A stretch of 63,754 bases of DNA, filler included, from Choristocarpus tenellus KU-1152 (taxonomy: Eukaryota; Protista; Phaeophyceae), in assembly GCA_964200185.2 (NCBI GenBank). It is 13 parts of 13 records of this genome, joined end to end, with 100 filler letters (N's around TTAATTAATTAA, not from the genome) between each part and the next. Parts side by side here need not be neighbours in the genome. Positions count along the whole stretch, not along the records: positions 17,786 to 30,599 come from CAXNAD020001695.1; positions 30,700 to 37,503 come from CAXNAD020007311.1; positions 37,604 to 40,892 come from CAXNAD020021006.1; 10 more parts are not named here. One strand, 5' to 3'. How positions within the stretch are numbered: the stretch's first letter is position 1; each line of letters starts with the position of its first letter. Made by a program: the position numbers and the translations under genes. This document shows, piece by piece, positions 25,703 to 38,172 of this stretch. Below the pieces are notes generated by a model that was not told where the DNA came from, ran no database searches, and saw only the letters and a list, made by a program, of their open reading frames with translations.

Positions 25703-28620
25703 TCTGAGGAATGCCCACCCCCTCCCCCAAGTACACGGCAAGGTTTGCATGGTGGTGCTTGTATTTGATTAGTTCTGATTACTTACGTGATAAGAATCGC
25801 TGTGTATGCAAACAGGTGGTCATACCCAAAAGGTGGTTATGGTGGGGTGGCTCGTGTTGGGTTGAAAGGGAAAGGGGTTGTGGGGAGGGAGATGTCAGGG
25901 AGACAGCATAAGCTTCACATTCCTGATGAGATGTTGGCTGCAGTTTTTTCCTAGCTTCTACCCTTGATGTGTCTATATGGGCAGTAAGTATTGTAGTGTG
26001 CCACACAGTTTTGATCAGTCTTAGGATGAGACTCAGTGTCATTCTCAGTTTGCTTGGTTCATAGTGTGTGGAAAAGAGTGCTGAAATGGCATTGAGGGGT
26101 GTGCACAGAATTACCTGTTGCAAAAGATCAGGTACAAGAACGAATGGATGTGTGGGAAATATTTCATGTAGGAAGAGGTGAATTAGCCTTTGAAGGGTCA
26201 TGAGGCAGAGGTGCATGTTGTTTTATGTTTCCTTTTGGCAATTGTAAATGTGTCTTTTGCTCTTCGTTTGGGTTGTGCCTTGCTCTTTTGGGGGGGTGGG
26301 TGGAGGTGGCCTATGGTTCATTGAGGCCAAGGGCACACAATGGGTTTACCTAAGGCATGCATAAAATGAGCTGTTGAGACCCATGTGCTTGCATAGTTGG
26401 AGTGAGCACCATCCCCTTTCAGAGAGAGGCAGACTTGCGGTGGTTGATGAAATCCATCTCTCACCCTTGTTCCCCTCCTGTGGCTGCCCATTGAAATTGT
26501 AGCAGCTTTTATTTATTTGACTTGATATGAGCTAGTAGAGGTAGTGTAGTGCACGAGAACATTTCAACCTGGATTGTTTGCTAACATTCCAACCTGGATT
26601 GGGGGTGTTGTTTGCTCGTTGAATATTGTCTGCTGTCGTATTGTGATGTTGAGAGTTCTCCAAACATTGTGTGCACCAAGAAGAGCAATTCGTGAGCGGG
26701 TGTGACAAGATATCAGTACTACTGCTGTAGTAGTGAGATTGCCCTGCCACGCATGAATTTATCACAACTGACTGGGTACGTTGTATGTACTGAAGAGTTG
26801 GAAGAGAAATATGTACCACGTAGTACTCTGAGAAGGTAGAAAATGGTGACGTCGTTGATGGGGTCGCACTTTGCATGTTGAACCTGAGTGTTTTTTTGTT
26901 TTTAAAGGAGATGAACTATCTCCCTGGGTGCCATATTTGTTCGGTTACATCGAGTGTAGGTGTTTTTATGTCAAGAAGAGGGGGGAGGGTGGAAAAGATG
27001 TTGCCCCCAGTTGCGTTTTGATTGTCTTTTGCCTAGGTTGTTATTCCAGGTTTAAGTGTATGCCATTGTGTTGTACGAAATTGTAGTTGTCTGCAGAGTT
27101 GGCGGGAATGACAAATAAACTTGGCTTAAACTTGTCCCAACACAATTACCAGGCTCTTGACAAACGGTTGTCAGTGCCCTTGTTGAGTTGCTACACGTCG
27201 TGGCAATTGTTTCCCTGGTCTATGATATATTGTGATGGGATGAGTTTGAAAGAGCATTGTAGTTGGCTGTGCAACACTAAATAATTGGACCACTTGACAT
27301 TGCTGGAGGGAATATATAATATAATAGTACGTCAACACAGCAAGTACTCTTTCTTACTGGTGATGTTGCAGTTGAAGTGACCCCTAAACTCATCTTGGTT
27401 TCCAGCAAAGCCCAACAAAATGATGCACCTATCTAATCAATGGGGAGCTGGTCATTTGCCTGAGTATACTGTAGCGCTAGCATACACAGGAACTAAATAA
27501 AATACACCGCTTGCACTGACCAAGAAAAGACTTTACCCGTACTGCCTTCAGAATTTGATCTGTTGATGACTTTGAGTAATGAAAGTATTAATGTATGCAG
27601 TATTATTTGTGTAAGTTATGCCTACTATTAAAACTTTAGCTTCTGAGTACTACTACTTACTATTGATGTATATCTTTTGTTGTAGAAAGTAGTATATACA
27701 TCAATACACAAAATTGTCTTTCCTATCTACACTCTTCTTACAGTATATTTAATGTTTAATCGCTCAAAAAATAAACGATGTTTATGAATTGGATGATTCT
27801 GTGGCGGCGTAGTTCACTCAGACAAGGATGGTGAAGAGAATCACCAGGCAAGAAGGACCAGAGATGAAGATAAACCGCAACCGAGAGGATGAGGTTATGG
27901 TGGGACAAGTGCAACACTGAAAGGACTTGCTGGAAAATGTAGGAAAGTGGGGATCTCGATTCGGATGGGTTGCGGAAAAGAAAAACCCTTTAGAGATGGG
28001 AAATCCGCCTTGGGAAAAACGTACTCGTAAAGAGACCTTATGGGAAGACACGGAAGTCTATCACTCCGAATATCCTCCATACAGGTGAACCGAAGTTCTC
28101 AAAACACATCCTCAATCGATACAATGGTATATGGCATACGACAATAACGGTATAATGACAGAAAACCTGCTTTCCACATGTGGGGACATCCTTTTGTTGT
28201 CGCTCAGATGTGGGAGATGCACCCATGCACTGAGTCGTTATGATACAACATAGTCCATCAGTGAAGTCCACAAGCTTGAGCGTCCCAGCTACTGCTATAT
28301 ACTCCTGAACATATCTTCTAGGCAAAAAACAACGCAGTAACAGATGGGTTGTGAGCTGTGAGGATTAGCGTGAGTACAAACTAAAGAAATTAGCTCAAAA
28401 CCTTCTTCAGCATGCTGCTATTTGCTGTGGCCTGTATCGAGTTTACATATAGTACTTACCTGAGCAACCACGTGTGCAAAGCTCTATGGGTCAAAGAGAC
28501 CTTTCGGCTGGCCAAGAACCGTACCGGAGGCGCGATTTCTTAATACTTGCTGTTACTGCTCTCATTTGTGTGCCCCTTTCCCACATCCAGATACATCACC
28601 ACCTTCATTTATCACACTAG

Positions 28621-29055
28621 GACAGCTCCAATACAGAAGAAGATGATCTGATTGAAGGGCCTTCAATAGTATTAGATAAGAAGCTTACTGATCAAGATCA
28701 AGACATCATTTTTTCGGTAGACTCATATTTGATGTATAAGGCTGGAAAGCAAATTGTTGATTGTTTATTAATTAGTAAGCTATTATCTCCATCAATTGAT
28801 AATTTTTCTGATAATCAATTAGAAATAGTTGGAGAATATGATTTAAAAAAAGATCTAATAGATTTACAATCTATAAAATTTATATCTCAAATGCTGAATA
28901 TAAAAAGTAATTTATTGGCTGATATTAAGAAGGATAAATTATCTGGAACTATAAGTTATAATATAGATGATATTACCAAATTAGAGGGTTGTGAAAAGGA
29001 ATGTATCACTTCGAAATATTGCTACTACTTGAGAACCGATTGCACCAGCAATTAG
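28621..29055 (+). other. AT-rich open frame of ~144 codons, foreign-looking coding fragment
   Basis: Stop-free frame DSSNTEEDDL...YLRTDCTSN*; the core 28801-28980 is ~20% GC, unlike host exons. Confidence 0.5.
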
Positions 29056-29666
29056 GTTATCAACTATTTACTCCTTGTATAAACAATTTGCTCAGTATTT
29101 ATGGCACCCTATTCACTCCTGCAGCTGCTCTGACTGTAGCAGTGCCTGCAATTTGTAGTACTCCTAAATTTCTAGTTCTTCTTGCAGATTTTCAGGTCGG
29201 ATGTGGTAACTGTGTTTTGATGCTATCCTCCTCTTGGCAGCCTGCCCTGCATCCGTCTACTATCCCTACTACCTATTTGGACACGTAGGTGTTGCACAGG
29301 GAGACCGGGACTGTACATTAGCTCAATACAGTTTGTTTCGTGTAGGTGTAGCAATTCTCCCACAACAAGATGTTGAAAACGTGCTTGTGTTGTGAGTTTG
29401 TTCGTTCTCTCTCTCTCTTTCTCCCTCTTAATGTAGGAGGGATGGCCAAACACACCAGGTGGGTATGACCATGCACCTCAGAAAGCCTGGGCGGAGCCCA
29501 TTTTCGCCACCACTTAATTGAGTGGGTCATTGAAACCTCCTCTCTCATCAGCCATTCATTGCAAGTCCTGTTGTTGTTGTTACCCTTTGGAGTCAACCTA
29601 CACTAACTTATCTGTTTGGTGAACAATATTGTAAAGTCATTTTCTTGTCTAGTACGATCTACTAAT

Positions 29667-29826
29667 GAGTGGTGGCTGTCCATTTAGGGTCATTTTTTCA
29701 TATCGGGATTATTGGGTGATTTGGTTGCATACGTCAGAATGATGATGTAAATACGTTTTTCCTGATTTTGGGACAAATGTACACTCTGGTGTACACCCGT
29801 CCCCCGACCCCCAGATACTTTGGGTC
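29667..29826 (-). mobile_element. MITE-like repeat family B copy
   Basis: The reverse complement aligns with 9942-10095; ends CCCAGATACTTTGGGTC. Confidence 0.7.
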
Positions 29827-30699
29827 GGTATATGTAACATATATAATCCTTAAACACGAGAACATTTGGCCTATATACTATCATCCTAGATGGGGGGGGG
29901 GGGAGGGGCTTAGCCCAGGTAGTCCATTCGAGACTTGATGGAGCTTTGTAGAAATACCTCCCAGTTTGATACCTATTTTGGTGGTGATCTCCCTTCAGAT
30001 TTTATCCAGGCAGCGAGATGGAAAAGGAGGGTGCGTTCAGACGAGCGAAGTTGCCCTTGCATCTGACACGTTCAGTCACGTGACAAGAAAATCACTACAG
30101 GGTCACAAAGTCCTGAATGGAAACTGACGTCCCTGTAGGATGCTGTAGGACTGAATTGTAGATTTGTGTATTTGCCCAACCGACTGAGTCCACAATGCAC
30201 AATCAAATGCTCAGCATTCAGCATGATATATGTGTCGGTTTCAACATTATATGTGTAAAAGCTTTTGTAGCGGACATATCAGCATGTGTCACAGGCGATA
30301 TGTCTTGATGGAGGTTTCATAAACACCATTATGACATTGAAGTTCTAGATTTGATATATTTGTACTCCTTGATTATTTATTTATTATTTGGTCATTATGG
30401 TCCACGATTGTGATAAGACATTGTGGATCAGTTCCTTTTTATATGATGATATTGATGTTAATTCAAGTGAGAAATCCAGCATACCTGACGACTTGTGCAT
30501 CAGGAGTCCTATACGTACATCAGTATCATCTATAGGCCCGTAGATTGGAGCTATACATCCTGTGGAGGTAAGCTTTGAGGGGCGCCTGTAACACAAGCCN
30601 NNNNNNNNNNNNNNNNNNNNNNNNNNNNNNNNNNNNNNNNNNNTTAATTAATTAANNNNNNNNNNNNNNNNNNNNNNNNNNNNNNNNNNNNNNNNNNNN

Positions 30700-30739
30700 C
30701 CAAGTGGACACGACTCTACCCTCTAAGATACTTTGACTC
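30700..30739. mobile_element. Terminal fragment of MITE family A
   Basis: CTACCCTCTAAGATACTTTGACTC is the reverse complement of the TIR at 33856. Confidence 0.7.
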
Positions 30740-31284
30740 TCTGCCCTATGGCTGCACAGGGTGGGATACACTGAATGAACGGGGAGCGCTTACAAAATAA
30801 TAAAGGGTGTTGAAGACCTCATGCTCTCCTCACTTTCTTGGCCATTTCTCCTCCAAACATTCGATAGTGACACATACAACGCCAGCCATGTTAATGCAAG
30901 GATGGACAGCTATCAAGTGGATTACCTGCTGCAGCACAACTAATAGCTCATACTCAAATATCTACCCATTGAGGTCGCCCCCAACCACTTCCAAAGCATG
31001 GGGATCTCCCCCGAAAACATATTCAAATTATTATCAGCATCGATATCTGTAGTGGGTTTCTTTTATGTGGCATCCATTTACTCCAAATACATCTTTAAAA
31101 CAGCTTGATCTTCAGTGCACTCGTTCTTACACCTGCAGCTCCATTGCAAACACAGAATATTTTACTTCCTGCACGAGACCACTGCATAGCTGAAACCTTA
31201 CATCACAACCCCAGTGGGGCACCAGTCCTGCCCCTGCCTTAAGCCACAAAACCACAATGTTTCCTTTTCCCCTTGTCCACATAG

Positions 31285-34200
31285 GTTATGCGAATGACAG
31301 TCGCAAGCGACCTTGCCAGTGATGTACTCAAGGATGCAGCCACTGGAGGGCCAACCCCTGCAGAAGTATTTGTGTCCTTAGAACCCAATAAAACTCTCGG
31401 CTACCTAGAGGTTGACATGCGACCAGACTTCCGCTACCTATATTGGACAGTACCTGGGTTAACAGGAAAGGCAGACGGGCAGGTACAGTGATCGTTGACT
31501 GACTTCAGTACTGACATGCCACTGGTGTAGTCGTTTTTACAGACCCAAAAAAGAGCACACCCAAAAGAAAGTCTCTGGCAATTCAGTGTGTAGTACAGCC
31601 AAGCAAATGTGAGCAGTCTTAACTGGCAGGAATATCTATATCCACATGCTAGAGTATGTGTGCGGCAACTTCTAGGCATAACAACTCACTGGAATTATTG
31701 CTGCAACACCTCAATCATGCAATCTGGTTTCCCTTTTGCACCATATACCTTGCAGCGGTAAGTCTCGCCACGTAAGTTTGGAGAATACTTCCCTACGTAT
31801 AGTAGATGACTTGGATTAATATAGTTCACCTATTTCACCCTTTTTTGTGATCTCTATTGTGCTGACTTTAAGTGATGCATTTGCATCTCATACATATGTG
31901 GGAATGCACTAAATTAAGCTAGTGTATATACAGGGTTCTACTGAGCAAGCAGTCGCCCAGTACATACTCGTAAGCTGTTCCTTGTTTCCCAAGACTCAGC
32001 GACCATATATCCGTTGATATGTCCACTATTTAAACTGTACAAAGGTCAGGAATTGAAACCGATTCAAGAGAAGGGATAGGACCACCTCTTACGTCCTTTC
32101 ACCACCCACATCTCCACCCTGACTTTCCAGGTCATAGCCATCCTCAGCACTATCAACTCCATCTCTTGCCCATTATTTTCCCATGCTCACAGCCCCTGAT
32201 AATTGCCTTAGCACACCTCCCCCAAGAACCCTCTTTCACACCTTTCCCAGCTCTCAACTCTGATCTAAATTGCAGCCTCCACTTGAATGCCTTCCACCCA
32301 CCATTCTTCCCATCCCAAATTTGATTCTTTTCCACTCGTTGTGTGATGGTGTGGACTAAAACCATAGGTACAACGCAAGAGACTAAATAATGACGCAGAT
32401 CCAACAGTTTACGAAGATCTCAGTGTTACAATTCAAGCTGGAATGTCAGCCCTGGGATATGATCTCATGGATCCACAGGGCATTGCTCTAGACCTCCGTC
32501 AAAAGAAGGTGTGATCCATCCACATATCCAAACATACACATTCCAATGTAGCGTAAGATTGAGGCATTGGTACATGAATCTCCACCATCCCTCAATAAAA
32601 ACTGGAATCTGGTTGAGGCTTGGAGACTTTCTTTCCCATTATATACTATTTGCCTTCCATCTCATTTGCCCTTACCATATGAGCCCTTTATAAATGGACA
32701 AGTCAGCTTCACTCTACCACAAAACATAAGCCTACATCAACCAATCAATGCACCCATCATACACTCAAGCCACTTTTTCTTGTTCATAAAATGTTTCTGT
32801 CATTGTGGATCTTTCCCGGAGCTGTGTACAAAGTATTACTGTTCTCAGCTAGCACAACATTCTCCAGAGTGCTCCGTTGCCATGTCCAAACATAACTTAA
32901 TGCCCCACGCAGCCAGAGTCATAGACTTTAACATACTCCATATTTCAAATCGCAAGAGCCAATCTAGAGCCTTTTCGGTCACTATTCTGTATGTTTTGTT
33001 GAACAGCTTGCGTCGAGCTCTCTCAGGCAAATAGACTGTTGTAAATGATTGGACTCTGAAAGTAATGGGACTCAAGGTCTTGTTTACTCCTTGAGATCTG
33101 AGGAGAAAGGGTTATCACCTTGCTATTTTCCTTGCCTTCCAGAAAAGCAAGTGCCGTACATTTCCTCAAGTCATCTATTCTTGAGCCTTCCATTCTTCTT
33201 GACCTATTTATTAGTGGAAATCAAGGCCGTTCTAGACAAATAATCAAAGGTCAATTAATCCTCCAATTCTTTGGTTTACACGAAGTTACATTACAAAACG
33301 CTTAGTAAAAAGGTGGGGAGGTTGTACAAACTGTGAAGTTCATACTAATGTGAAGCACTTGACAAGTTATATCTCCTACATACTCCTCAACCTAATTCGA
33401 TTATTGTTCCTATTTGTAATCATCACTCAATAATGAAGCGTTTTTCTTATTTGAATCGCCACTGCACAACTCAATCGCTCGCTGACCACTGCTCAAAGTG
33501 CTTCGCTATGTCCCAATGCCTACACAACCCCCCACTTGCGAAGATCTACTTTGCTGACTCTCAGACTGAAGGCATTTCTGGAGGCGAAGATGGTCTGATC
33601 GTTCGTTGCAATCTTGATGGGTCTGAGGTGGATATTGCTGTCTCTACGAACCTCTCTGACCCACAGGTAAGCACTCATCAACAGCGAACTCAGAGAGGTG
33701 ACATACTTAAGGTGTATTGGAAGTATGATTGCCATGGGTGATCATCTTCATATCCAAGTTGCTTCAATTGATCTTCATGCATTTTTCTGTGCTAGAAATC
33801 AGGTGTGGGGTCTATATGCACATGGACAGATTGGCATATCTTTTGACTTGCATCAGAGTCAAAGTATCTTAGAGGGTAGTGCCGCGTCCATTTGGAGGTC
33901 AAGATCCAACGTTATGATTTTGATGTAATTTTGGCTATCGTGTTTGTTAGGAAGTGTCAATATCTATGTTTCGGACACACCTTTTCATAAGGTATAAATT
34001 TTACCTACTCCTAAACATTTTGGAGTAGGAAGATGTAAAAAAAATAAACATGGGAAGCCAAGTCCAAAATGGACAAACAAGGCAAAATTCGTACCCTCTA
34101 AGATACTTTCACTCATGATTGGCCACCATGTGTCCCTTTACACTAGTGCTGTTGAATCCACCATTGTTCGATACCTACACTTTCCCACATGCAGTCACAT

Positions 34201-37200
34201 ATCCTTATCTCTTATCTTCACGGTGGATTGAAATATGACACAGGGTGTTGCTGTGGACCCACTTCTGGAGGTGATATACCTGACAGACACACACATCCCC
34301 TCTGTAATCAGGGCTGAGATGTACAACTACTCCTTAAAATCATCATCGCAGCAGGTACATGACCGACAGTCTCTTGAATTTCTATGGGTGTGTCCTGCAC
34401 CCATTTATTCTCCAAATCTCCCCATTGGCTTTGTGTACACATTTCCCTCCTCTCTTCCCTCCTTAAAGTTTCTGTGTTATACCTCCTCAACTGAGTGCAG
34501 GTCACCCCAATTGTGAAGGGAGTAATACAAGTGCGATTTGGAGAGCTTTCTCTCGAGAAATACTTTCAGCCCTTGATGTCCCCACAGGTAGGTGACGGGA
34601 GGGACTTAATAAAAATATATGAGGACCTGGCAGATGGTTACAAGAATGTATCACATCAGTTGAAGTTTCTACCTTCTTTTCCTCACTTCACTCCTGGCAG
34701 ATGCACCAATATGTGATACTCTTCCGAGTGAAAATGATTATACTCTTCTTAGTCTTACACCAAGGAAGGACTGATAAGTCGGAAAAACTATTAAACCGTT
34801 TGATCAGGCTATCCAAATCGATACACGGGATCCCGATCAAGACGTCTTGTTCTTCTCAGACATGGAGACAGGCTTCATTTACAAGGTACATACATTGGTT
34901 GCCAGGCATAACCCAACTATTGTTGTGCCTCAAACATGTCGCAGATTAAATCACTTTAAAGTAGAGAGAGTTCACACCTACTAGCAGCCTAGATACACAA
35001 GATATGTACCCAATCCATGCAGCTCAAATAACTGCCTATGTCCCTGTCTAATCCACTCTTCAGTGACCAACCCTGGCTTCAACCCAAATTTGACTGTTTT
35101 CTACAGGTTCTCACCAATGGGTCGAATGCTGTACCCTATATTGAAATGGGGAGCCCGCGGTCATTCCTCTTCGACCTTGGGGAAGGATACCCCGACTTCA
35201 CTCTCTATTATGACTGCCATGGTCATGGGGTAGGTCCCACTTCCTTTTCTCTTAAACTGTGACCTCTAATTCCCATCCAAATGTTCCAACCTCGTTTGGC
35301 ATCTGGAATACATTCCCAAAATGAAGCAGATTGTGTGTTTCAAGGTATGGTGTCAACCTGTAGGCAAGATAACGAAAACCTAATTGCCTGAACAATCATT
35401 GGAGTTTATTGGTTCTCAGCACATCCATGTACACTTGACCTGCAGTTGACCTGCAACTACTTCAAGCCCATATGCTCAACCGTCCACAACTCCCTGGCCT
35501 CCCTCTCTACCAGCAAGTGTGGCTACCAACTTTGTACTGGGCTCTTTTTCCTCTCCCCTGCCTAGTTCTGCAAAACCCTCAAACCAACCATATGATAAAT
35601 TTTCAGATATTGTTGATGAGAATATATACATAGATGGAATACCAGGCATCAGATTGTCATGTACATTCTGAGATGACACTGGGCAGCATAGAATGTGAGT
35701 CATCCCAAGACTTAAGATAGGAACAGCATTTGGCTACTTGTTGATCAATACACATACCTATCCACTTAATTTACATTTGACACCAGCAAGGATCCAAGGC
35801 ATGCCCCTGTGAGGTCTTGTTCTAGGTTCACTCTTTCTGGGGAATGCCGTGCATAATCATGACTTATCCTTCTTGTAGAGTAACAAAAACACCTATGCCT
35901 ATTGCAGCCGCATGTCCCTCCCTCTGTCCTCTTCTTCTATGGTATTCCTCCCTGGTTCAACTTCCTCAATGGAGGAGCGACCTGCCTTGCAAAATTAGTC
36001 ACTTAGTGAAGCCGATTCACACTACTTTGAAGGATTACATATAGTTAGAGGTCTCCATGTTGACAATCTTGGGTTTTAGGCATTAGAAGCTTTTATTTTC
36101 CACTTCGCTTTCTCCGCCCTACAGTTGCCTACTGCCATACCCTCCAGGTGTGCAGTGGGGCGCCGTACTTTACATGCTCTTGTGATGAGGGCTGGGAGGG
36201 GAACTGTGCCCAGGCCTCCTGCCCTAAGGCAAGTGCGGCATGTCAACTTTCCCTCTATTTCTGCTTTACTTCCCCATTTCGAAGGGTCAAGGGATGAAGA
36301 TCACAGCATTTTTCATGCCAGGCAACAGGCAGCAAATGATACTGCTAGTGTACTCTCAGAGTATCTTTTTCCCATTCTTGACAGCCTGCCTGCTAACACT
36401 TACATGTTGAGTTCCACCCTTGATAGATTAGCCTCCTCCTAGACCAAAGTTCCAATTTTCCCCCCAATACACTGTCATTGCTAGATCTCACATTTTAACA
36501 ATACCTTGTCCTCCTATACTCCTTGAACTAATTTGAAAATACACAAAATATATGTATTTTTCCTCACCACCCTATCTATCCTTTCCCCGGCATATGTCCC
36601 AGGGCCCAGCATGGTTTGATGAAGCAAGATCAGATGGGTCAGCACATCACTATACCGAGTGCTCTAACCGTGGTTACTGTGATAGGGATACAAGCAAATG
36701 TGTATGCCAAGATGGCTTCACCGGAAATGCATGTCAGGCAAGGGCGAGGGGTGTAGGAAGGAAGGGAGGAGGTGGGGAACGAGTAAGTGACTGGACTAAT
36801 TGGATGCTATTCTGAAGTGTATGATGGAAGTATATGTGCTGATAAGGAACAGATACAAGTAATCAAATCAAACAGGGAAACTATGTATTTGTACATAGAA
36901 AGTAGGTAGTGTCAATGGTAGAACTATCACTAAAATGTTCTTGACAAGCTGTCCCCTACTCAGTGGAAGAAAAGTCAGTTCTAGGATGCTGATAGTACAG
37001 GGGTGGGAATTGTCGAACTTGAGGATCAACCACTTGACAATCGATCAGGTCTATATGTAAATAAATTTGTGCTCTATTTTGGTGGGGGGGGACTGCCTTG
37101 TCAGGAAGATCACTTGCACAAAGTTCCCCTCTTGTTGCTGACATTGCACGTATCAATAACTTTGCAGCGTATGGAGTGTCCCAACGACTGCTCAGGACAT

Positions 37201-37344
37201 GGAAAGTGCTTGTCAATGCGGCAGCTGGCTCTACTTGCAAGTGATGACTTCTTGGTGCCAGATCCGCAGGAGTATGGGTCATATGGTAATATGACTGATA
37301 CGTGGGATGCAGATAGCGTGTATGGATGCCACTGTGACTGGTTG
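31285..37344 (+). CDS. Extracellular protein with YWTD/LDLR-B-like propeller repeats followed by Sig1/Ocm (tenascin-like) EGF modules, internal fragment; exons 31285-31482, 32368-32508, 33544-33666, 34244-34354, 34501-34587, 34808-34885, 35107-35229, 36148-36228, 36603-36737, 37168-37344
   Basis: YLYWT, DPQGIALDLRQKK|IYFAD, RCNLDGS, DPQ|GVAVDPLLEVIYLTD and LFFSD; then CHGHG|VC...CPK|GPAWFD...ECSNRGYCDRDTSKCVCQDGFTGNACQ|RMECPNDCSGHGKCLSMRQLA...WDADSVYGCHCD. All junctions are in frame and two use GC donors. Confidence 0.88.
33856..34114 (+). mobile_element. MITE family A, ~259 bp, intronic
   Basis: TIRs GAGTCAAAGTATCTTAGAGGGTA...TACCCTCTAAGATACTTTCACTC; no ORF; a second full copy lies at 38477-38734. 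Confidence 0.85.
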
Positions 37345-38172
37345 GTGAGGCCAAGGGGGGCAGGTAGCACAGGAAATGACTTTCCCTCAAAACATGCTTT
37401 GTATATTATGGATAGAGTGCTGTAGAAACAGGAGGATATATTTATATATATTGTTTATTAGATGTTTCCATTTGCTCAAAGTATCTGGGGGGGGGGGGGG
37501 GGGNNNNNNNNNNNNNNNNNNNNNNNNNNNNNNNNNNNNNNNNNNNNTTAATTAATTAANNNNNNNNNNNNNNNNNNNNNNNNNNNNNNNNNNNNNNNNN
37601 NNNCTTCCAAAAAACCTTTCGGTACTTTTTTAAGACTGTTTTCGAAAAACAACTATCCTCATAGTCCCGCGCCATCCTCAATCTTGCGAATCCCCTATTA
37701 TATTCCTGAACCCTAGGGTGAGGAGCTAGGGAGGTATCCCAAGAATCCAAAAAATGTACCAAATAATACATAAACTACATGAAACTGCCACACTGTATTA
37801 TATGGTTGTATCACAACACACAACCAGAAAAAAACAATCGGACATGCCACACTTCTACATGCTCATCACAAATTTCACCTGTTGTCTTAAATTTTTTATT
37901 CGTAAATTCTTGGTCACCACATCTGCCGTCTGGTTCTCACTACCATTAAAAACAACACAAATCTCCCTTTTTCTAGCTACTTCCCTCAATAAATAAATCA
38001 ACTAAAGTGGTGTCAGACATCAATGTGCTTCGTTCTAGTAGAGCTAGTGGAATAATGTACTAGTTTGCATGCACCGTCATCGGCCTCAAACATGTCAACG
38101 CAACGCCTAGGGGACTGTGGCTGAATAAATTCCGAAACACTTCTCAAGAAAAGCAACTCTTGTGTCACACTG

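Noticed and set aside
27777-28253. Long purine-rich frame with three internal stops as a pseudogene or viral relic
   Set aside because: No recognisable motif, and the stop depletion is too weak to support a call without a search.
30384-30596. Short ORF at the contig end as a viral fragment
   Set aside because: Both strands are open over a short span, and there is no motif or compositional signal.
31750-31765. Possible 2-nt microexon (TGCAG|CG|GTAAGT) in the YWTD-EGF intron
   Set aside because: The flanking exons already join in frame and inclusion would frameshift; likely chance.
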